Positions 30,387 to 43,659 of a stretch of DNA of 64,000 nt are shown one piece after another. This DNA is from Bigelowiella natans CCMP2755 (Eukaryota; Protista; Cercozoa). Made by a program: the position numbers and the translations under genes. The stretch covers positions 1-64,000 of the forward strand of contig ADNK01001279.1 in assembly GCA_000320545.1 (NCBI GenBank), in the 5' to 3' direction. Numbering within the stretch: position 1 is the first letter of the stretch; the number at the start of each line of letters is the position of its first letter. The notes under the pieces are model-generated. The model saw only the letters and a list, made by a program, of their open reading frames with translations. It was not told the origin of the DNA and did not search any database.

Positions 30387-31682
30387 ATATCGTCAATTTC
30401 TTCCTTCCTCTCTACCTCGTTTTCTTCCTCATGTAGCTGCTGATCTGCTTAGAGGAGCACCTTTCTTCGTCATTTCCATACTTCAAATTATCATTGTTGC
30501 CTTCTCCGCAGACAATGCAAACGCCTTTGATGAAGCCATCATCATTATCATTACTATCCTCCTCCTCCTCCACCACCACCACCTCCTCCTCACCGTGGTA
30601 GGAAGAGGGAGTGGTGGTGATGGTGGTGGCAACGTTTGCTTTTTTCTTTCTTTTTTTTACAAATGATGCTGCTGCTGTATTCATTAAAATCTTTCTCGCA
30701 CATGAGGAGTGCTTATGAAGAGTAGCCCCGCTGCTACTTTGACGACAATTACACGATGTTGATGGTATATTGAGATTGATCTCATGCGGACGGGGTATTG
30801 CGAACGAGAGCTTCACTCGAGAAGAGGAGAAAGGAAATCTGTCATTTTGTTCTTCTTTATCCTCCTCCTTCTTCTTCTCCGTTGTGACGGAAGTCTGGCT
30901 TACAATTCCATCGTACTCAAGCCATACTTCTCTGTTTCATGGGACATGTATAAGAGAGAAGAAAAGCGGGAGATTTGTGAGTAGAGAGAGAACAAGAGGG
31001 GGAACACTTAGCGGGGATAGAAGTCAAAGCAACAACAAATGAATGGCATATGAAATATTCTCGTTTTTTGCAGTGGTAGTAAGTGAGACGGCTACAAATA
31101 ATGGACGTAGAGAATCAACCATCATCTTAAGATATTCATCTTGCATCACAACAAGCCAAGCACACTACCACCTTAAGCATACGACAAAGTCTTGCATTCT
31201 TTTAACCCTTCCCAGCTTTCTTTCTTCCTTGGAGGATAGAATGGATGAGTGCGAGATGGAAGAGGGAGTAGGAGGAGGAGGAGGAGAGGCAGCAGAGTCA
31301 TCGTTCATGAATCCGCCTTTCGTGTCCCCGCCCTCCCTTGTTATCTCATGTTGTGGCGGCTCGTTCGGCTCGATTAGGACAAGATCTAGCATCTGAGCAA
31401 ATGGATACACATATTATGCATGGGAACTTAAATAATAAGCATGAATATATTCTCTTCCTCTCCTTATCTTTATTTTCATGTAGCAGTAGTAGTAGTAGTC
31501 GTAGTGTACCCATGGCTCCAGCACTGCTGCTAGGTAAGGGGTCGAGAGATAGAAGGACTTCCACGTCGGGATTTTATGGAGACTCTCTGGAGAGCCGGTC
31601 ACACGAATCGCTGGTGATAACCCGAGTTCTACGGAACGACGGACCTCTATTGAGCGCATCTGGGTCTGCTCGTTGTGATTGT

Positions 31683-31721
<39 letters not shown>

Positions 31722-32434
31722 TGATGGTGGTGGTGGTGATGACTATGTGTATGTTTCGCTGTTCGATAGAGTAATGTGTTGTATTTACCGCGAAACTTCG
31801 ATCCCTACGTCGCTTTCGGTTTAAATTTTGCTGCCTTTGATTTTGCACAAATCGTTCATAGCAGCGCTCGAGGTTTCGGTGCGAGACTCTGTCGCCACCA
31901 CAGTCTACGATGTGAAGCGTTTTTAGGAAGGAAGTCGATTTGTTCAACAAATGAAAAAAAGGTGGTCCTCCTCCTAGCCTTGGAAGGATTAGGAGAAATA
32001 GGGAATTGATACATACCTGCTGATAAATGCCCCAAGAACTTGCAGTATGACATGTCCTTCCATAGCTCGTCCGACGACATCACCAAGCTGCACCATCTCC
32101 TGCAGACCTGGTTAAGATAATAAGGAGGATGATAAGAATTACGCACTACTCACGTTTACATGTAAAATAAGGATGAGGATCGTCAAAATTTCGTCGGTAT
32201 CATTGGAGAACAATGCCTCTGCATTTGAGATTAGTTTTGTCATTGTACTACTATGATACTTACTGTAGCGAGCGACCGGCATAGCTCTCTCCCTGGAAGC
32301 GAGACAAAAATTCGCACTAGCAGCGTTTCAGGCAGCACGCTGCACAAATCCTGTCTTTGACGAGCATGCGTCTTTTCAGGGACAATGTGCTCCGTGATGA
32401 AGTGATTGTGGCTGTGAAATGCATGCTGCTTCAT
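29896..32434 (-). CDS. F-box protein (about 7 exons)
   Basis: Exon 1 DLCSVLPETLLVRIFVSLPGRELCRSLAT spliced to exon 2 VCRRWCSLVMSSDELWK forms a canonical F-box (LPxExLxxIF...L..VCRRW...dxLW). Downstream GT-AG exons stay in frame to EMKEALD* at 29896. Confidence 0.75.
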
Positions 32435-32469
32435 CTTCCGTATCCATTATGGCCTCCTCCTCGATTGGA

Positions 32470-33800
32470 GATGTACTGAGCTGCCATCATCCTCTCATCA
32501 TCAGTGCCACTAAAAAGCCTACTAGATCTATTAAAGTTGGGTGGTGGTAGCCTTCCTCGCGTGGGTTCAGTTCTTTTGTTCCGATGGTCGATCGGTCAAT
32601 GTAGGGCCCTTTCTTGCGCTGCGACCCGTTGTCGCAGTTATGAAAACGGACGGCATTCTTATCCCTTTCTGAACAGCAAAGGCCATTTCTTACAGAATTG
32701 TTATTTATTGTTGTTATTGTTGTCTAGAGTACTAGTAGTATCCGATTCAACTATCCCCTCCCCCCCAAACTTGTCGGCTACAAAGAAAACTGGCACAGAG
32801 GGGCGACTAAGGATGCCGCGATCCACCAGAGCCGCATCAGCCGCATCGTCCAATGAAGCAAGCTCTAGCAAGTGAGTAGTCGTAATGTGTGTTGTATATC
32901 CACGGAAGAGGGAATAAGCACTGAAGTTAGATCTACAATCCTGTCGTTGCAGGTTGCAACCACAGGAGAGGACTGAATCAATGGAGGGGAAATCAAGCTT
33001 CAAAAACCTAAGTCTGACGATATTCGAAAAGTAGGATGCGATATTTTACTCCTCCTCCTCTCCATTCTTAGGTTCACCCGACAGGGAGGAGTCTAATTTA
33101 AAATCTCCTAAAGCTGACATTCAGCTCATAGAGAAAGAACCAAGACCCTCTGTCAGTATTTTCTGTTGCTGGATCTTACATATGATAATAGATGGTCTCA
33201 CACTTGCTTTTCAAAAGGGTGATAATGAGAAATGGGTAGACAAAATATCGAATTGCAACGTGTATAGGTACGAATATACTGCACTCTTTGTAGACACATC
33301 ATGAGAATCAATGGCTACCGTCCAATGTTTTAGCACTATCTATATGTTGAAAAGATATTTATATGAAAATAAAATGTAATCATCATCACAGTCACTTCCA
33401 AAACCTTGTGAATGCGATCATCGGCTTTCACGGTCAGTTTTCAAAGGGTAAATATATCGAGAACTTCTCTAAGGTACTACAACTACTACAACTACTACTA
33501 CACCTACTACTACGACTTTAAATCACTTAACAGAAGTATACTAGTAATAGTACTTCCCAATCGTGTTTCCCTATCTCTAATCATTATTATCGAATGAGCC
33601 AGGTCCCCGTGCACGCTTTCAACCTACTGACAATTTGACAATCACCTCATCTTTCATTTAAATAAAACAGGTTAGTTTACCGCTCTCAGAAATCCTTCGT
33701 CTGTTAGACAAAGAACGTCCCCCTTCGGATGTCATGGTGGCAACTATATCGGGTGTAATTCAGGTTCTCATCTTTATCGATGAATACAAGGCTCTTTCTT
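32470..33800 (-). CDS. Hypothetical multi-exon protein (boundaries uncertain)
   Basis: Splice-bounded open segments (MSALGDFKLDSS..., FLKLDFPSIDSVLSCGC..., LDDAADAALVDRGILSRPSVPVFFV). The model is not fully resolved. Confidence 0.3.
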
Positions 33801-34136
33801 TTCAAACATAGCATATCATTTCTATCCTCTGTCTGAGAAACAGAAATTCCGTTGAATAAACCCACTTACTCTCTCTCTCTCTCTCTCTTTTCTTGCAACA
33901 ATTTATCTTTCTATTAATCGCTACTCCTCTTTACCTAGACACAGTTTGACGAGCTTCGGAAGAAGAAATCAGGGCGAAGCAGGCTGGATGACTTTAGCAG
34001 GTTCATATCATTAAGGAGACAAAATAACCGTGTGGGAAGTAGAGGGGGGGGAGAGCCTTTTTTGTCCCCCAACACTTATCTTCTGATTAGTTGGTGTGTT
34101 TTGTTGATCTACAAATATTTGTACCGAAAGCTAATG

Positions 34137-34174
<38 letters not shown>

Positions 34175-34683
34175 TTAGGGGCTTAGTGGCCTGTCAAAAG
34201 TGTTTGACAACTTTCATAACCGAGCTCCAGGCTGGGATACGGAAGGTATTTTTACGAGAACAATTTGAGTATTATTATAAAAAGGAAGAAGGTAGATGAT
34301 GAAAGGGGATCTGTGTTTTTTTATGTGCACTTGTGAGCTTCTGCATTGAACGTGTACCACAAGTTCGGCGTAGTACACAGAGAGTGTACGATATGCGCGT
34401 GATAGTGTTGATCGTCGCTGTTTATGTTGTTCACACACTGATACGTTCCTTTATTTCAAGTTTGAACAGATTAACGCACGGAGGCGGTCAGTTTCAGCAG
34501 TCTTGGTTGGCCCTACATAACCAACAATCTCATCAACGAAAACAAGATTCATTCCATTCTCAACATGTCTAAAATCCAAAAACCATAGGATATTCGCGGT
34601 CAAAAAATCGAATTCATGTTGTCTAATACGAAATATTTTCCTCCTAGATTTTCCCTCTATTTTCCCTGAATAAATCTTAGCAG

Positions 34684-35552
34684 CTGACGTTTTCTTCCCT
34701 CCTTCCGCCTCAAACAACATACAGAATTCATACTTCAAAGATGTAAGCCAGAAGGATAAAGCTACCATGGAAGAGGTTGTTGTTTGGCACTACATAGTGA
34801 CGACGAGAACAATATTTTCAGAGTTACTGGATGGTGGTGGTGGTTGATGTTGTCGTGGTAGTAGTAGTTGTGTGAGAATATATTAACGTGTTTGTTAGTG
34901 ATGATACTGCCATATTGAGTTATAATATGTGCCACAGGCTTTCGCAGTTATAGATCGGTTGCAAACGCTTCATTCCAAAGAGTCAGTAGGAAAATTAGTC
35001 AGATACGAATAAAAAGAAGAAACAGAAGAACTAACAAGTAACAATAAGAACACCGGCAATGATTCCTGCGATAAATTCTGTCATATTGCTGTAGCCCAAG
35101 CTGCTGTTATTGTTTGATATTATATTGTTTCATTCCTCTCGTGTTTTCTTCTTATCATGCCCTTTGACTGGACAACACCAGGCAACTCCAAAAGTGGCTC
35201 CTTGCCCAGATATCGAAGGCTCAAATAGCGAAGGAAGAGAAGAGTAGACACGACAACCACTTGGTGAGTCGTCGTCATCTACAGATGGCTGCAAGCACTT
35301 GTGCTAATTCCAACAGCTGAAATGAATGATCAAACATAAATGCGTGTTTCCTTGAGGATAGCATCTAAATTCCCACATTGTATTCAATTTTGTGCAAATG
35401 GTAAGTACTACGTAAGTACAACTTGAATAGTTACTTTAGTTTAATCGGTGATGCGTTCTGGCTATCCGATATACGCCATTCTTGGTCTTTTTGGTTTGCT
35501 GTCCTGACACGGAATTCAATATTGTTGGGTTGATATCTTCCTCGCTGTGCAA

Positions 35553-35596
<44 letters not shown>

Positions 35597-35751
35597 CTCT
35601 CGCTCTCTCTCTTTCTCTCTTTCTCTCTCTTTCGCAGCGCCATTCAAGCTTGGTTCACCTAGAGTCACCTGCGATTCTCGCTCAAAAGATTGATTCTCTC
35701 AACGTGGGCAATTTCGGCGAGGTGCTCAGAATGATATGATAAACACATATA

Positions 35752-35785
<34 letters not shown>

Positions 35786-36054
35786 AAATGGAGGGGGTGG
35801 GAGATGAGATTGTAGGCTAATTGTTCTGCATCTAAAAGAAGATAAAGAGAAACTCCTGGATGAATGAATAAATTGTTTGTTTTTGTTTTTTGATCGTTTG
35901 GTTATCGTTGTTCTCATCCCCCCCCTCCCCCTCTTTGTTCTCTTTACTACCATATTTCTGTAGAATGTTTTTTCTTGCACACCTGAGTACTTTAAGACGA
36001 CATTTGCAAGGACTTTGGCCAGGTTGCCATATTCCATCTACACGCATTTTGGAG

Positions 36055-36092
<38 letters not shown>

Positions 36093-36101
36093 AAGAGACA
36101 G

Positions 36102-36139
<38 letters not shown>

Positions 36140-36825
36140 ATCGTACATAGAGATATACCATACTCTATTTTTTTAGGCAACCACTAATTGCAATCTTTGG
36201 TATCGCTCTGGTGACATTCTCCGCCGGTGAGAACCAAGCAGCAAACACACATCTATGACAGCATCGCCATGTAGTTGCTCAGTCGTTGTCATTCATCACG
36301 ACGTACATCCATCATTATATTTCCCCTTGCTTGTTCCTACGATAAGAATGCGGTCATGTTCCTGCTACTACTACTACTACTACTACTACCACCCACCCAT
36401 CCATCCATTAGGCTACGTCTGCCAAACAGGATTGGCAAATTACTCCGGCTACGAATACAACGGGTGCTCCATTATATGTGAATCAAATTATGTATATCTC
36501 GTTAAGAGAGAGAAAGAGGACGAATGGATTGTGATCGTGATTTGATACTGATTACGTCAGTTGGCTGATCCGGGTCTGGGTTCCGCTTCTTATCGTGCTA
36601 AGTGGAATCGGCTTATTTATGTACTCTTGGCTCTTTGGCCATGGTTGTTCATCCGCATATGAATGAGAGCATAATATCAGTGAGGGGACCACGATGAAAA
36701 TTAAGTAAAAAATAGCGCTATTTGTCGCTGCGCAACATTACAGTAACCATCTTGACACGATATTTGATCTAGCTTCTGATTTTTTGTGTTTTTTCCTGGT
36801 GCTACCTAGGTGGTGCAGTTGCTGA
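34684..36825 (+). CDS. Hypothetical multi-exon membrane protein (5' end uncertain)
   Basis: Exons AFAVIDRLQTLHSKE, QLQKWLLAQISKAQIAKEEK and SKFPHCIQFCAN, then C-terminal QPLIAIFGIALVTFSAG-YVCQTGLANYSGYEYNG-WLIRVWVPLLIVLSGIGLF-MWCSC* with two hydrophobic helices. Confidence 0.45.
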
Positions 36826-37683
36826 ATATGCGGTTTGTGACTATGGAGATGGACCGTGCTGCGGGTCAGAGTGGGCAAAAGGAGAAGAAAACATATGACA
36901 AGGATTAGCACAGTAAATAAATACTGCTGTTATGTGGTCTAGACACGTCTGAAATAAAGTTCCGTAGTATTAATGTACGTATGTCGAAAATATATAGTTA
37001 GGAATCACAACATGAAGCTATGCTAGCTTTGAAACAATGTTGGTTGAGCTTGCAATGTAACGAGCTACAAGCTATTCATGTCGCGGGTCGTTTTTGCATC
37101 ATGGATCATGTGTTTTTGTGGTTCGTCATGCGCAAGACTGCGATAGCATGCAATGACAATGGCGGTATGTAAGCGTATGCACCGCACACTTTTTCACTTG
37201 TCTGAGTTTGAGTCGAGTTGCCTAGACCTGTAGCATGGCTTTACTGTATGCGCCAGCGTTGTTGGCACTCAAGTGAGCTATTTGTGAAGCCAACGCCTTG
37301 TCGAGCGCTCGCCAGCAAGATTATCCGTTAAGCGAACATGCGAGATGTTGCATTGCTAGATTGCGCACATATGCTTTCTTGCTATGTCTATTGTGATGTT
37401 TGTTCCCATGATTTCTTGCATTTATACGCATGACGCGGAGTGCATGAGTGTACAGCGCTATGGGAATTATTAGAAATAATTGTAGCAATTTACCTCAAGT
37501 TATGAGCCGAAGAAAGGCAAGTGATATATCGCAAACTGCTCGTATGGTATGTTAAACAGCACACTAGCTTCCCTCCATATCTGCTATGTTAAAAGCTTTT
37601 AGACATTCTCGGTGATTGGGTAAGCCGGAATGTTACTTCTGCTGTTGTTTGGTCGCTTTATCTTTTTGATGCTGTGTACAATT

Positions 37684-39240
37684 TTAGCTATTTATTGTTG
37701 TCTTTAAGTCAGACATATTGTCTCTTGTGTCTCCGCTAGGAGTTTGTTTCACGGTATCTTTTATAACTATCTTACCATTGCTATTAACTCTATTCGCTGC
37801 ACTTCCGCCAACGACAATATGTACTGGAGCTTCAACCTCCCTGTTCTCGTCGCAGCTCGCCGCGACAGAACCGTCCGTAGTGTTGCCGTCGATATCAGCA
37901 TCAATAATATCATCTTCGTAGGCCACGTTTTGCTCCTCGTCTCTTTCCTCCTCGCAGAGATCCTGGGTCGCCTGGTTTCCCCCCCGTTTTTTTAGCGGTG
38001 CCTTTCCGCCTGTAATTCGAATTTTGTGCAGGCTACAGCTAGCTTCTAGGGCGCTTATCATCCATGCGACTTTCTTGGATGCAGCCACAGACTCAGCCTT
38101 TGATTCTTCAATTTCTTCCTTCTTTCCTTCAGGTTTTTGGTGGGAAGTTGTTGATTTGATAACGAACATAAGCTTATCCTTGTTCTGAGCGAGTAATGCC
38201 TGTATATCTGGTTTTCTTCCCGGGTCGGCCAGGAAAAGTTTGAGCAAGTTCAGCTGTGCTCTCCGAACAGCGAGCGAAAAGGGCGAAGATAAAAGTGATG
38301 AGGAGGATAGTAAGGAAGAGGAGGAAGGAGAGAGAGGGACAGCGATAGAAGACGGGTCAGTACGGCCTTCAAGCAGTAACTGTATCAGGATCTGTAGGTG
38401 TTTGGTTGACTGCACATAGCGCATCATCAGAGGTAAGTTTTGGCGCCTGGTCAAATATGTGAAGAGAATTTCAGTACAGAGACGCCGTGCGACATATCTA
38501 CTTCCGTTGCCCCTCTCATGCATTCGTTTATATGCCTCTTTGAGAAGCTTGTGGAAGAATTTCGGTGTACTTGTCGCCTTTGTGTGCGTTCTTATCACAA
38601 CTTCTACTATTTCAGCCGAACCAGCCTGGACGTCAAATTGAGGCGAGTCTATCAATGGGAATGCCATGCTCCAGAAATGATTCTCAAGAATCTGAGCTGC
38701 AAGAGTTCGATGTCGAGCAAATTGCAGTATTAAGCGCCGTGAATGTGTACGCACAAGGCGATCAGGATCGCACATGCGAGCAATGAGGGAGTGTAAGACT
38801 TGGGGTTTTTCTCTCATGTATACGACCATGCACTTCATGGTTAGCAAGTTCATTGTCAACTGGATCACTTCTAAAAGCAAGGAGAAGGGGATGTTCATGT
38901 CAGCCAGCAGTGATGCAAACAGAGAGTCTTTGCTCGAAAGGCTAATAGCAACCGACTTCTTTTTTGCCTCATCCTCCTGAACGAGTTCGGTGAGACGTGT
39001 AATTCTTTTAATTAATTTGTTGATAAAATTCATTGGTTTATTCGAATCTCTGATAGGATTTACGGAGATGCTGGTCTGGACGCTTACTGATCGGGTGGAT
39101 GTTTCTGTGTAGCAAGAACGTGTGCTCTTGAGCTCTTCTGAACCAGCATTGGCCCCGGAAGAAGCTCTGAGCAAAACATGTAATTTTGCTAGCTCCGAAG
39201 TGACCTTAATAGGACCTCCGCGAAAGATTCTGAGCAGCAT
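37684..39240 (-). CDS. Divergent Mo25/CAB39-like armadillo protein (intronless)
   Basis: FARHRTLAAQIL...IDSPQFDVQ...YVARRLCTEILFTYLTRRQNLPLMMRYVQSTKHLQILIQLL...LLKLFLADPGRKPDIQALLAQNKDKL parallels recalled Mo25 motifs ([46 protein letters not shown]...NLKLMMNLL, FKVFVANPNK..PI.DILLKNQAKL). Confidence 0.7.
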   Translation of the reverse strand: MLLRIFRGGPIKVTSELAKLHVLLRASSGANAGSEELKSTRSCYTETSTRSVSVQTSISVNPIRDSNKPMNFINKLIKRITRLTELVQEDEAKKKSVAISLSSKDSLFASLLADMNIPFSLLLEVIQLTMNLLTMKCMVVYMREKPQVLHSLIARMCDPDRLVRTHSRRLILQFARHRTLAAQILENHFWSMAFPLIDSPQFDVQAGSAEIVEVVIRTHTKATSTPKFFHKLLKEAYKRMHERGNGSRYVARRLCTEILFTYLTRRQNLPLMMRYVQSTKHLQILIQLLLEGRTDPSSIAVPLSPSSSSLLSSSSLLSSPFSLAVRRAQLNLLKLFLADPGRKPDIQALLAQNKDKLMFVIKSTTSHQKPEGKKEEIEESKAESVAASKKVAWMISALEASCSLHKIRITGGKAPLKKRGGNQATQDLCEEERDEEQNVAYEDDIIDADIDGNTTDGSVAASCDENREVEAPVHIVVGGSAANRVNSNGKIVIKDTVKQTPSGDTRDNMSDLKTTINS

Positions 39241-39635
39241 CGATCTAAATGTTGACGATATCTAAAGCCGTAGTGGGTATTTCGTCATTCAGCCATGTGG
39301 GAGGAGGAGGGAGATAATGCGGTGGTTTTGAGGCACGAATTTGATGCCGAAAAGATATTACTTTTTTTCTTTTTATCGCACGTGTGCAGGCCAAAAAACA
39401 CTGGAAAGCATGATAAATTATTTGACACAGGCCAAAAAAGGAATTGATTTTGAATGATCCTGCAGGGAGACTAACGCGCAGAAGCACACTGGGTAATAAT
39501 TTGATGCGGATTTAACGCACTGAAGTGCGCAAACAGTTGAAAATTATTCAGCCTTGAGCCGCCTCTATATCGGCTCAGCGACAAGAAAAATGCCTGAATA
39601 TCTTGCGATAAAACAGCGAAAAGGAACACCGACAA

Positions 39636-41153
39636 ATGGCCAACCAACGTGGTTTCGGATTCCGTGGGAGGTGCCGGTTTAGGGGCACTCTAGGTTTCTC
39701 CATTGCGCTGGTAAGCTTCATTTTTCGATGAGCACCGAGATTCAATATGACATTGTGTAAAGCTCGCTAATAATTTCTTCATGCTCTATTGGCAACACAT
39801 TTGTCTTTGTAAAAAACCTTATATTTTTGTTAGCTGGGGGTTCTCGTGGTAGGAGCGATGTCCATCTATGCTTCATTGATGCACCGAGGGAACAGTCATC
39901 TTCCTAATTTCGAAACGCATGATCAAATAGAGAATGCCAATACCAAGACAAACAAGGCTCTTGCTTCTGAAAATGCATCAATCGACATCGAATTTAGTAT
40001 GGCTGGTAAGCATATAGAGGAGAATAATATGAATACGAACGATAAGTACTTCCAGTGGAAGGCAGAGCCTCCCTCTACAGGAATGAAAAGAGGCAACTGC
40101 TGCTGGGAACCAAGAATCTTCACCACAAAAATCGAAGAAATCATTACTGATAATATGACGCCCCTCCTCGGCCCTAATTCAGAGAGGATCAGCTGGATAC
40201 CAGAAATTACAGCCGATCCACGCACAATCCTGAGGATGCACCTTTCGCAACGAAAACAATTACAAAAATGGGAATGCCCCGGAAACCCCTTTTCGGTGAT
40301 GGGACCGGAGGACATCGCAGCCAATAGAACTCGATGTCTACAGCTCGATCAAGGTATCGTTGGCTTCCTCTATACAACAAAGCACTCGCCTGGTCGTCTG
40401 TTTGCCTATGTGGAGAACTACAAAGTGGGATCGACCACAATTGTAGATAATCTCGATGAGCATCATTGTCCGCATGTGGCATCGTTTAAAGGCATGCATG
40501 ATAAGGCGATAAACAACTCAGTTAACTGTCTGGTTACATTGCAACGGGGTGGCTACGACATCATAGCGAAGCATTCTATGGCAAAGCAGCAGCCTATAAC
40601 AGCATTTTCCTTTGTCCGCCATCCAGTCGACCGCTTTGTGAGCGGCTACGCGACGATGCTCCTACACTTTGATTGGAACTACAAGAACTTAACAAGCCGC
40701 ACCAAGCAACTGATGGATCTTAAAGAACCTCAGCGCTTTTCAGCATTCGTGGACTATATCACCGATCAGGGTACTCGGATTGTCGAACCCTTCACTAGGA
40801 AGTGTAATGGTGACGGACAGGCCAGGGTAGAAAAGGTAGAGAATTTCTTCACCAGTGAGGAGGCTGCAGGATACCTACACATGTTTTCACAGACATGGTT
40901 CCTCTCTCAATATCCAGGGCGTATTCAATATATCGGAAAGTTTGAAAACAATTTTAACAGTAGTTTAAAGTGGATCATGACGGATTTAATGTCGCTCTCC
41001 AAGGTGTATTCTATCAGTCGCAACAATAAGCGGATGAAATTATACAGTTTCACAAAGAAATATCTTAAAGAACCCAGCCTTAGGCAAACGATTGAGAGAC
41101 TCAACCGCTACTTTGCCTTCGAACTTGACCTCTTTGGCTATAAGCCGAGATAA
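39636..41153 (+). CDS. Golgi-type carbohydrate sulfotransferase (Sulfotransfer_2 family), 2 exons
   Basis: Exon 1 MANQRGFGFRGRCRFRGTLGFSIAL, intron about 39711-39833, then LGVLVVGAMSIYA (type II TM anchor). PAPS-binding motifs FAYVENYKVGSTT and FSFVRHPVDRFVSGY. C-terminal YIGKFEN and FELDLFGY. Confidence 0.85.
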
Positions 41154-41295
41154 ATTATTGGATTACAAATATATATAGATAATGATGATACGATTATTTT
41201 TATGATGATCATGTTGACCAATTTTGGACGACGCAAAGTTAAATCATAGCCCTTGTTATACGTATAATATGTAGGTGTGTATGTATATATGAATA

Positions 41296-41466
41296 TGAGA
41301 CGGATGTAATGAATAAGTTAAAATTTGTTCAATTGTCATAATAATGTAGCTGTGCAAAGCCGCAGTTATGCATAAATGAATATATATACATACGAGACGG
41401 ATGTAGTGAATTAAATTTTACCAATTGACATCCTAATGTAGCTGCGCAATGCTGCGGCTACAGCGC
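41296..41466 (+). repeat. Two tandem copies of the same dispersed repeat
   Basis: TGAGACGGATGTAATGAAT...TTCAATTGTCAT..AATGTAGCTGTGCAAAGC (41296) and CGAGACGGATGTAGTGAA...CAATTGACATCCTAATGTAGCTGCGCAATGCTGCGGCTACAGCGC (41393-41466). Confidence 0.9.
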
Positions 41467-42417
41467 TTGTGTAGTCTATTCAATTTTTTCCATTCATGTT
41501 TGCACATGTAGCATGTATGTGCGGATAATTTTGCCATCATTGGCATTCGAAAATGGTGTGGACACATCTAGACATGGACACATGTAGATGACTTGTATAC
41601 AAAATGGACTATGCATCATGTTTAGACTTTTAGTTAGATGCGAGATCCCTGTCATGCATCTGCAATTGTCTTGCTCGGCGCTCGCAACACAATCAATGTC
41701 ATTGTTACAAACAAAGCATTTATTCACTACAACAACAAAACCCTGATGACAAAATAAGTAAAGAGACAAGTCTCTATTGCTGGCGATTTCATCTGCTCGT
41801 ATCCATGTAATGCGAGTGTAGCAGCGGCGTCTGTGTCGACGGTCTCAAGGGCTTGAAGTTGCTGCCCTGGGTCTTGCTAAGACTAGCATGCTTTGGTGGT
41901 CTAAACCGACCACAGTATAATCATGCCTGCGGCTATGGCTAGCAAATTGACAAGTTTTCATGACATGCCATGAGGCGATGCCATGTGAATGAGATTTCTA
42001 GAACACGCAAATGAGCATGCAAATCGCAGCACGCATTGTGCACATGCATCACACATGTGAACGTAGCGAGTCGCAGGGGCTTCAATTTTGTTAGGAAACA
42101 CAACGAAAGATAAAAGCTAGTGCACACAGCTCACAATTTCTTGTGGCATGTGTTAGCCTTGTCGCCTTGAGCATGCAATGGTTAAATTCGGGTGTGGAGA
42201 GCGCGCCTACACGACTCAAACACAGCGACATGGGCATGACAATGTGCATGATCGATAAATCATTGGCATTAAATTTCTGTGCTTTGTTCATTATTCGTTA
42301 AGACGTTGTGTCACTTTTAGACATCACATTCGAGAAATGTGACAACTATTAATGACATTCGACATGTTTTGATCTACGCTATGTATTTAGCCTGATGTGA
42401 TGAAACTCGTTCAGTAT

Positions 42418-43659
42418 CTACCATGCCGACATCATTGGATGTCCCCATCCACTTCTTCCAAAAGATGACCCGAACATGGATGAAAAGAATGGATCGTAGT
42501 GTCGACTATTACCAAGGTTTCTACGAGCTGCGTGTCTATTAATTCTTGGTGCAAACACTATGTGGAGTTCCTCATCATCAAATGCAGCCTCGGTGCGGGT
42601 GAGATCAAAGTCGTCCGATACTGATACTTCCTTTTTGAACGCTCCATAGCTGGTAGAGGTTCCCTCAACTATGACTTTTCTCTCCTCACGGTCTACACGA
42701 ATCGAAATATCCTCTTCTGTGACCCCGGGAAGGTGCGCAGTCAATCGTACACTACCAGTGGAACGATCAATGCGCTGCTGGAACCTTGGTGACCAAACTC
42801 TCTTCGGATTCTTTTGGTGCTCATCGTTCCTGTCGAGGTGCATTTGAAATTTCTCTGGGTTTGTTCTGTCCATGGTTTTCCTCTTGTTCGGTATCTTGAT
42901 GTTTTCATCTCCAGCTTCAGATTGCTCACGTTTACGTGAACTTTCGCTAACTTCTTCCATGTTTTCGTCTTCATCAGCAGAAGTGTCGTTGTCATCATCC
43001 TCATCATCCTCATCATCCTCATCATCCTCATCATCCTCATCATCCTCATCATCACTGTGATTGTGAGGCATTTCTTCTGGAATTGGGGATAGTTTTCTGA
43101 GGTTTTCTGTGCTTACTCCTTTTTCATCTTCTACTTCTGACATGTCACATACGTCGTCGTCAGAGGCTGCGCTCATCGCTGGTTTTCTCGCTTCAATTGT
43201 TGTTGCCAAGGTCCGCAACCTTCTAGTCAATTTGGTTTCAGATGCCAGACGTGCGGCTCTCCGCATCAATTTCTTGATTCGCAAAACCAGTCCTTTTCGG
43301 TGGCGACGGACCTCGTCATCGCCGTCACTTTGCACGGCATCAACATCGTAAAGAAGGCGCTCTGCTGCATCTTCTGTTAGACCCGCGTCATAGCAATACC
43401 TCTCAGCTCTCTTGATCGCACCGCGCACATCAACAGAACTTAATGTATCTCCCTCCCTTTTGGCAGCTGCTTTCAGATGCCAATATGCGGCAGACACTTT
43501 AGCGCTCAGCCTTGGGAATTTCATCCTTAATATTTTGAGCTTATCTTCGAGCGACTTGGCTTTTGCATGCAGAGCTTCGATGCGGTTGAGCATAACATTC
43601 CTGTGCTTGAGCCTTGAGTCTTTCTCATCAGTTGCCTTGTCCATGGTTGGCATAGTCAT
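42418..43659 (-). CDS. BAG-domain + alpha-crystallin/HSP20-domain fusion protein (intronless)
   Basis: Likely start MTMPTMDK at 43659, followed by a coiled-coil. BAG-like AERLLYDVDAVQSDGDDEVRRHRKGLVLRIKKLMRRA (about 43385-43255), then an acidic linker, then HSP20-like WSPRFQQR...VRLTAHLPGVTEEDISIRVD...KVIVEG...YGAFKKEVSVSDDFDLTRTEAAFDDEELHIVFAPR (about 42800-42540). Confidence 0.8.
   Translation of the reverse strand: MTMPTMDKATDEKDSRLKHRNVMLNRIEALHAKAKSLEDKLKILRMKFPRLSAKVSAAYWHLKAAAKREGDTLSSVDVRGAIKRAERYCYDAGLTEDAAERLLYDVDAVQSDGDDEVRRHRKGLVLRIKKLMRRAARLASETKLTRRLRTLATTIEARKPAMSAASDDDVCDMSEVEDEKGVSTENLRKLSPIPEEMPHNHSDDEDDEDDEDDEDDEDDEDDDNDTSADEDENMEEVSESSRKREQSEAGDENIKIPNKRKTMDRTNPEKFQMHLDRNDEHQKNPKRVWSPRFQQRIDRSTGSVRLTAHLPGVTEEDISIRVDREERKVIVEGTSTSYGAFKKEVSVSDDFDLTRTEAAFDDEELHIVFAPRINRHAARRNLGNSRHYDPFFSSMFGSSFGRSGWGHPMMSAW
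42991..43053. repeat. 9-bp tandem repeat (TCATCATCC)n encoding a (DDE)n acidic linker
   Basis: Directly visible; lies inside the BAG-HSP20 ORF. Confidence 0.9.

Noticed and set aside
32580-32870. PA-domain-like motifs (AALVDRG, IRMPSVFI)
   Set aside because: The motifs fall in different frames under the simplest splicing; too weak to call.
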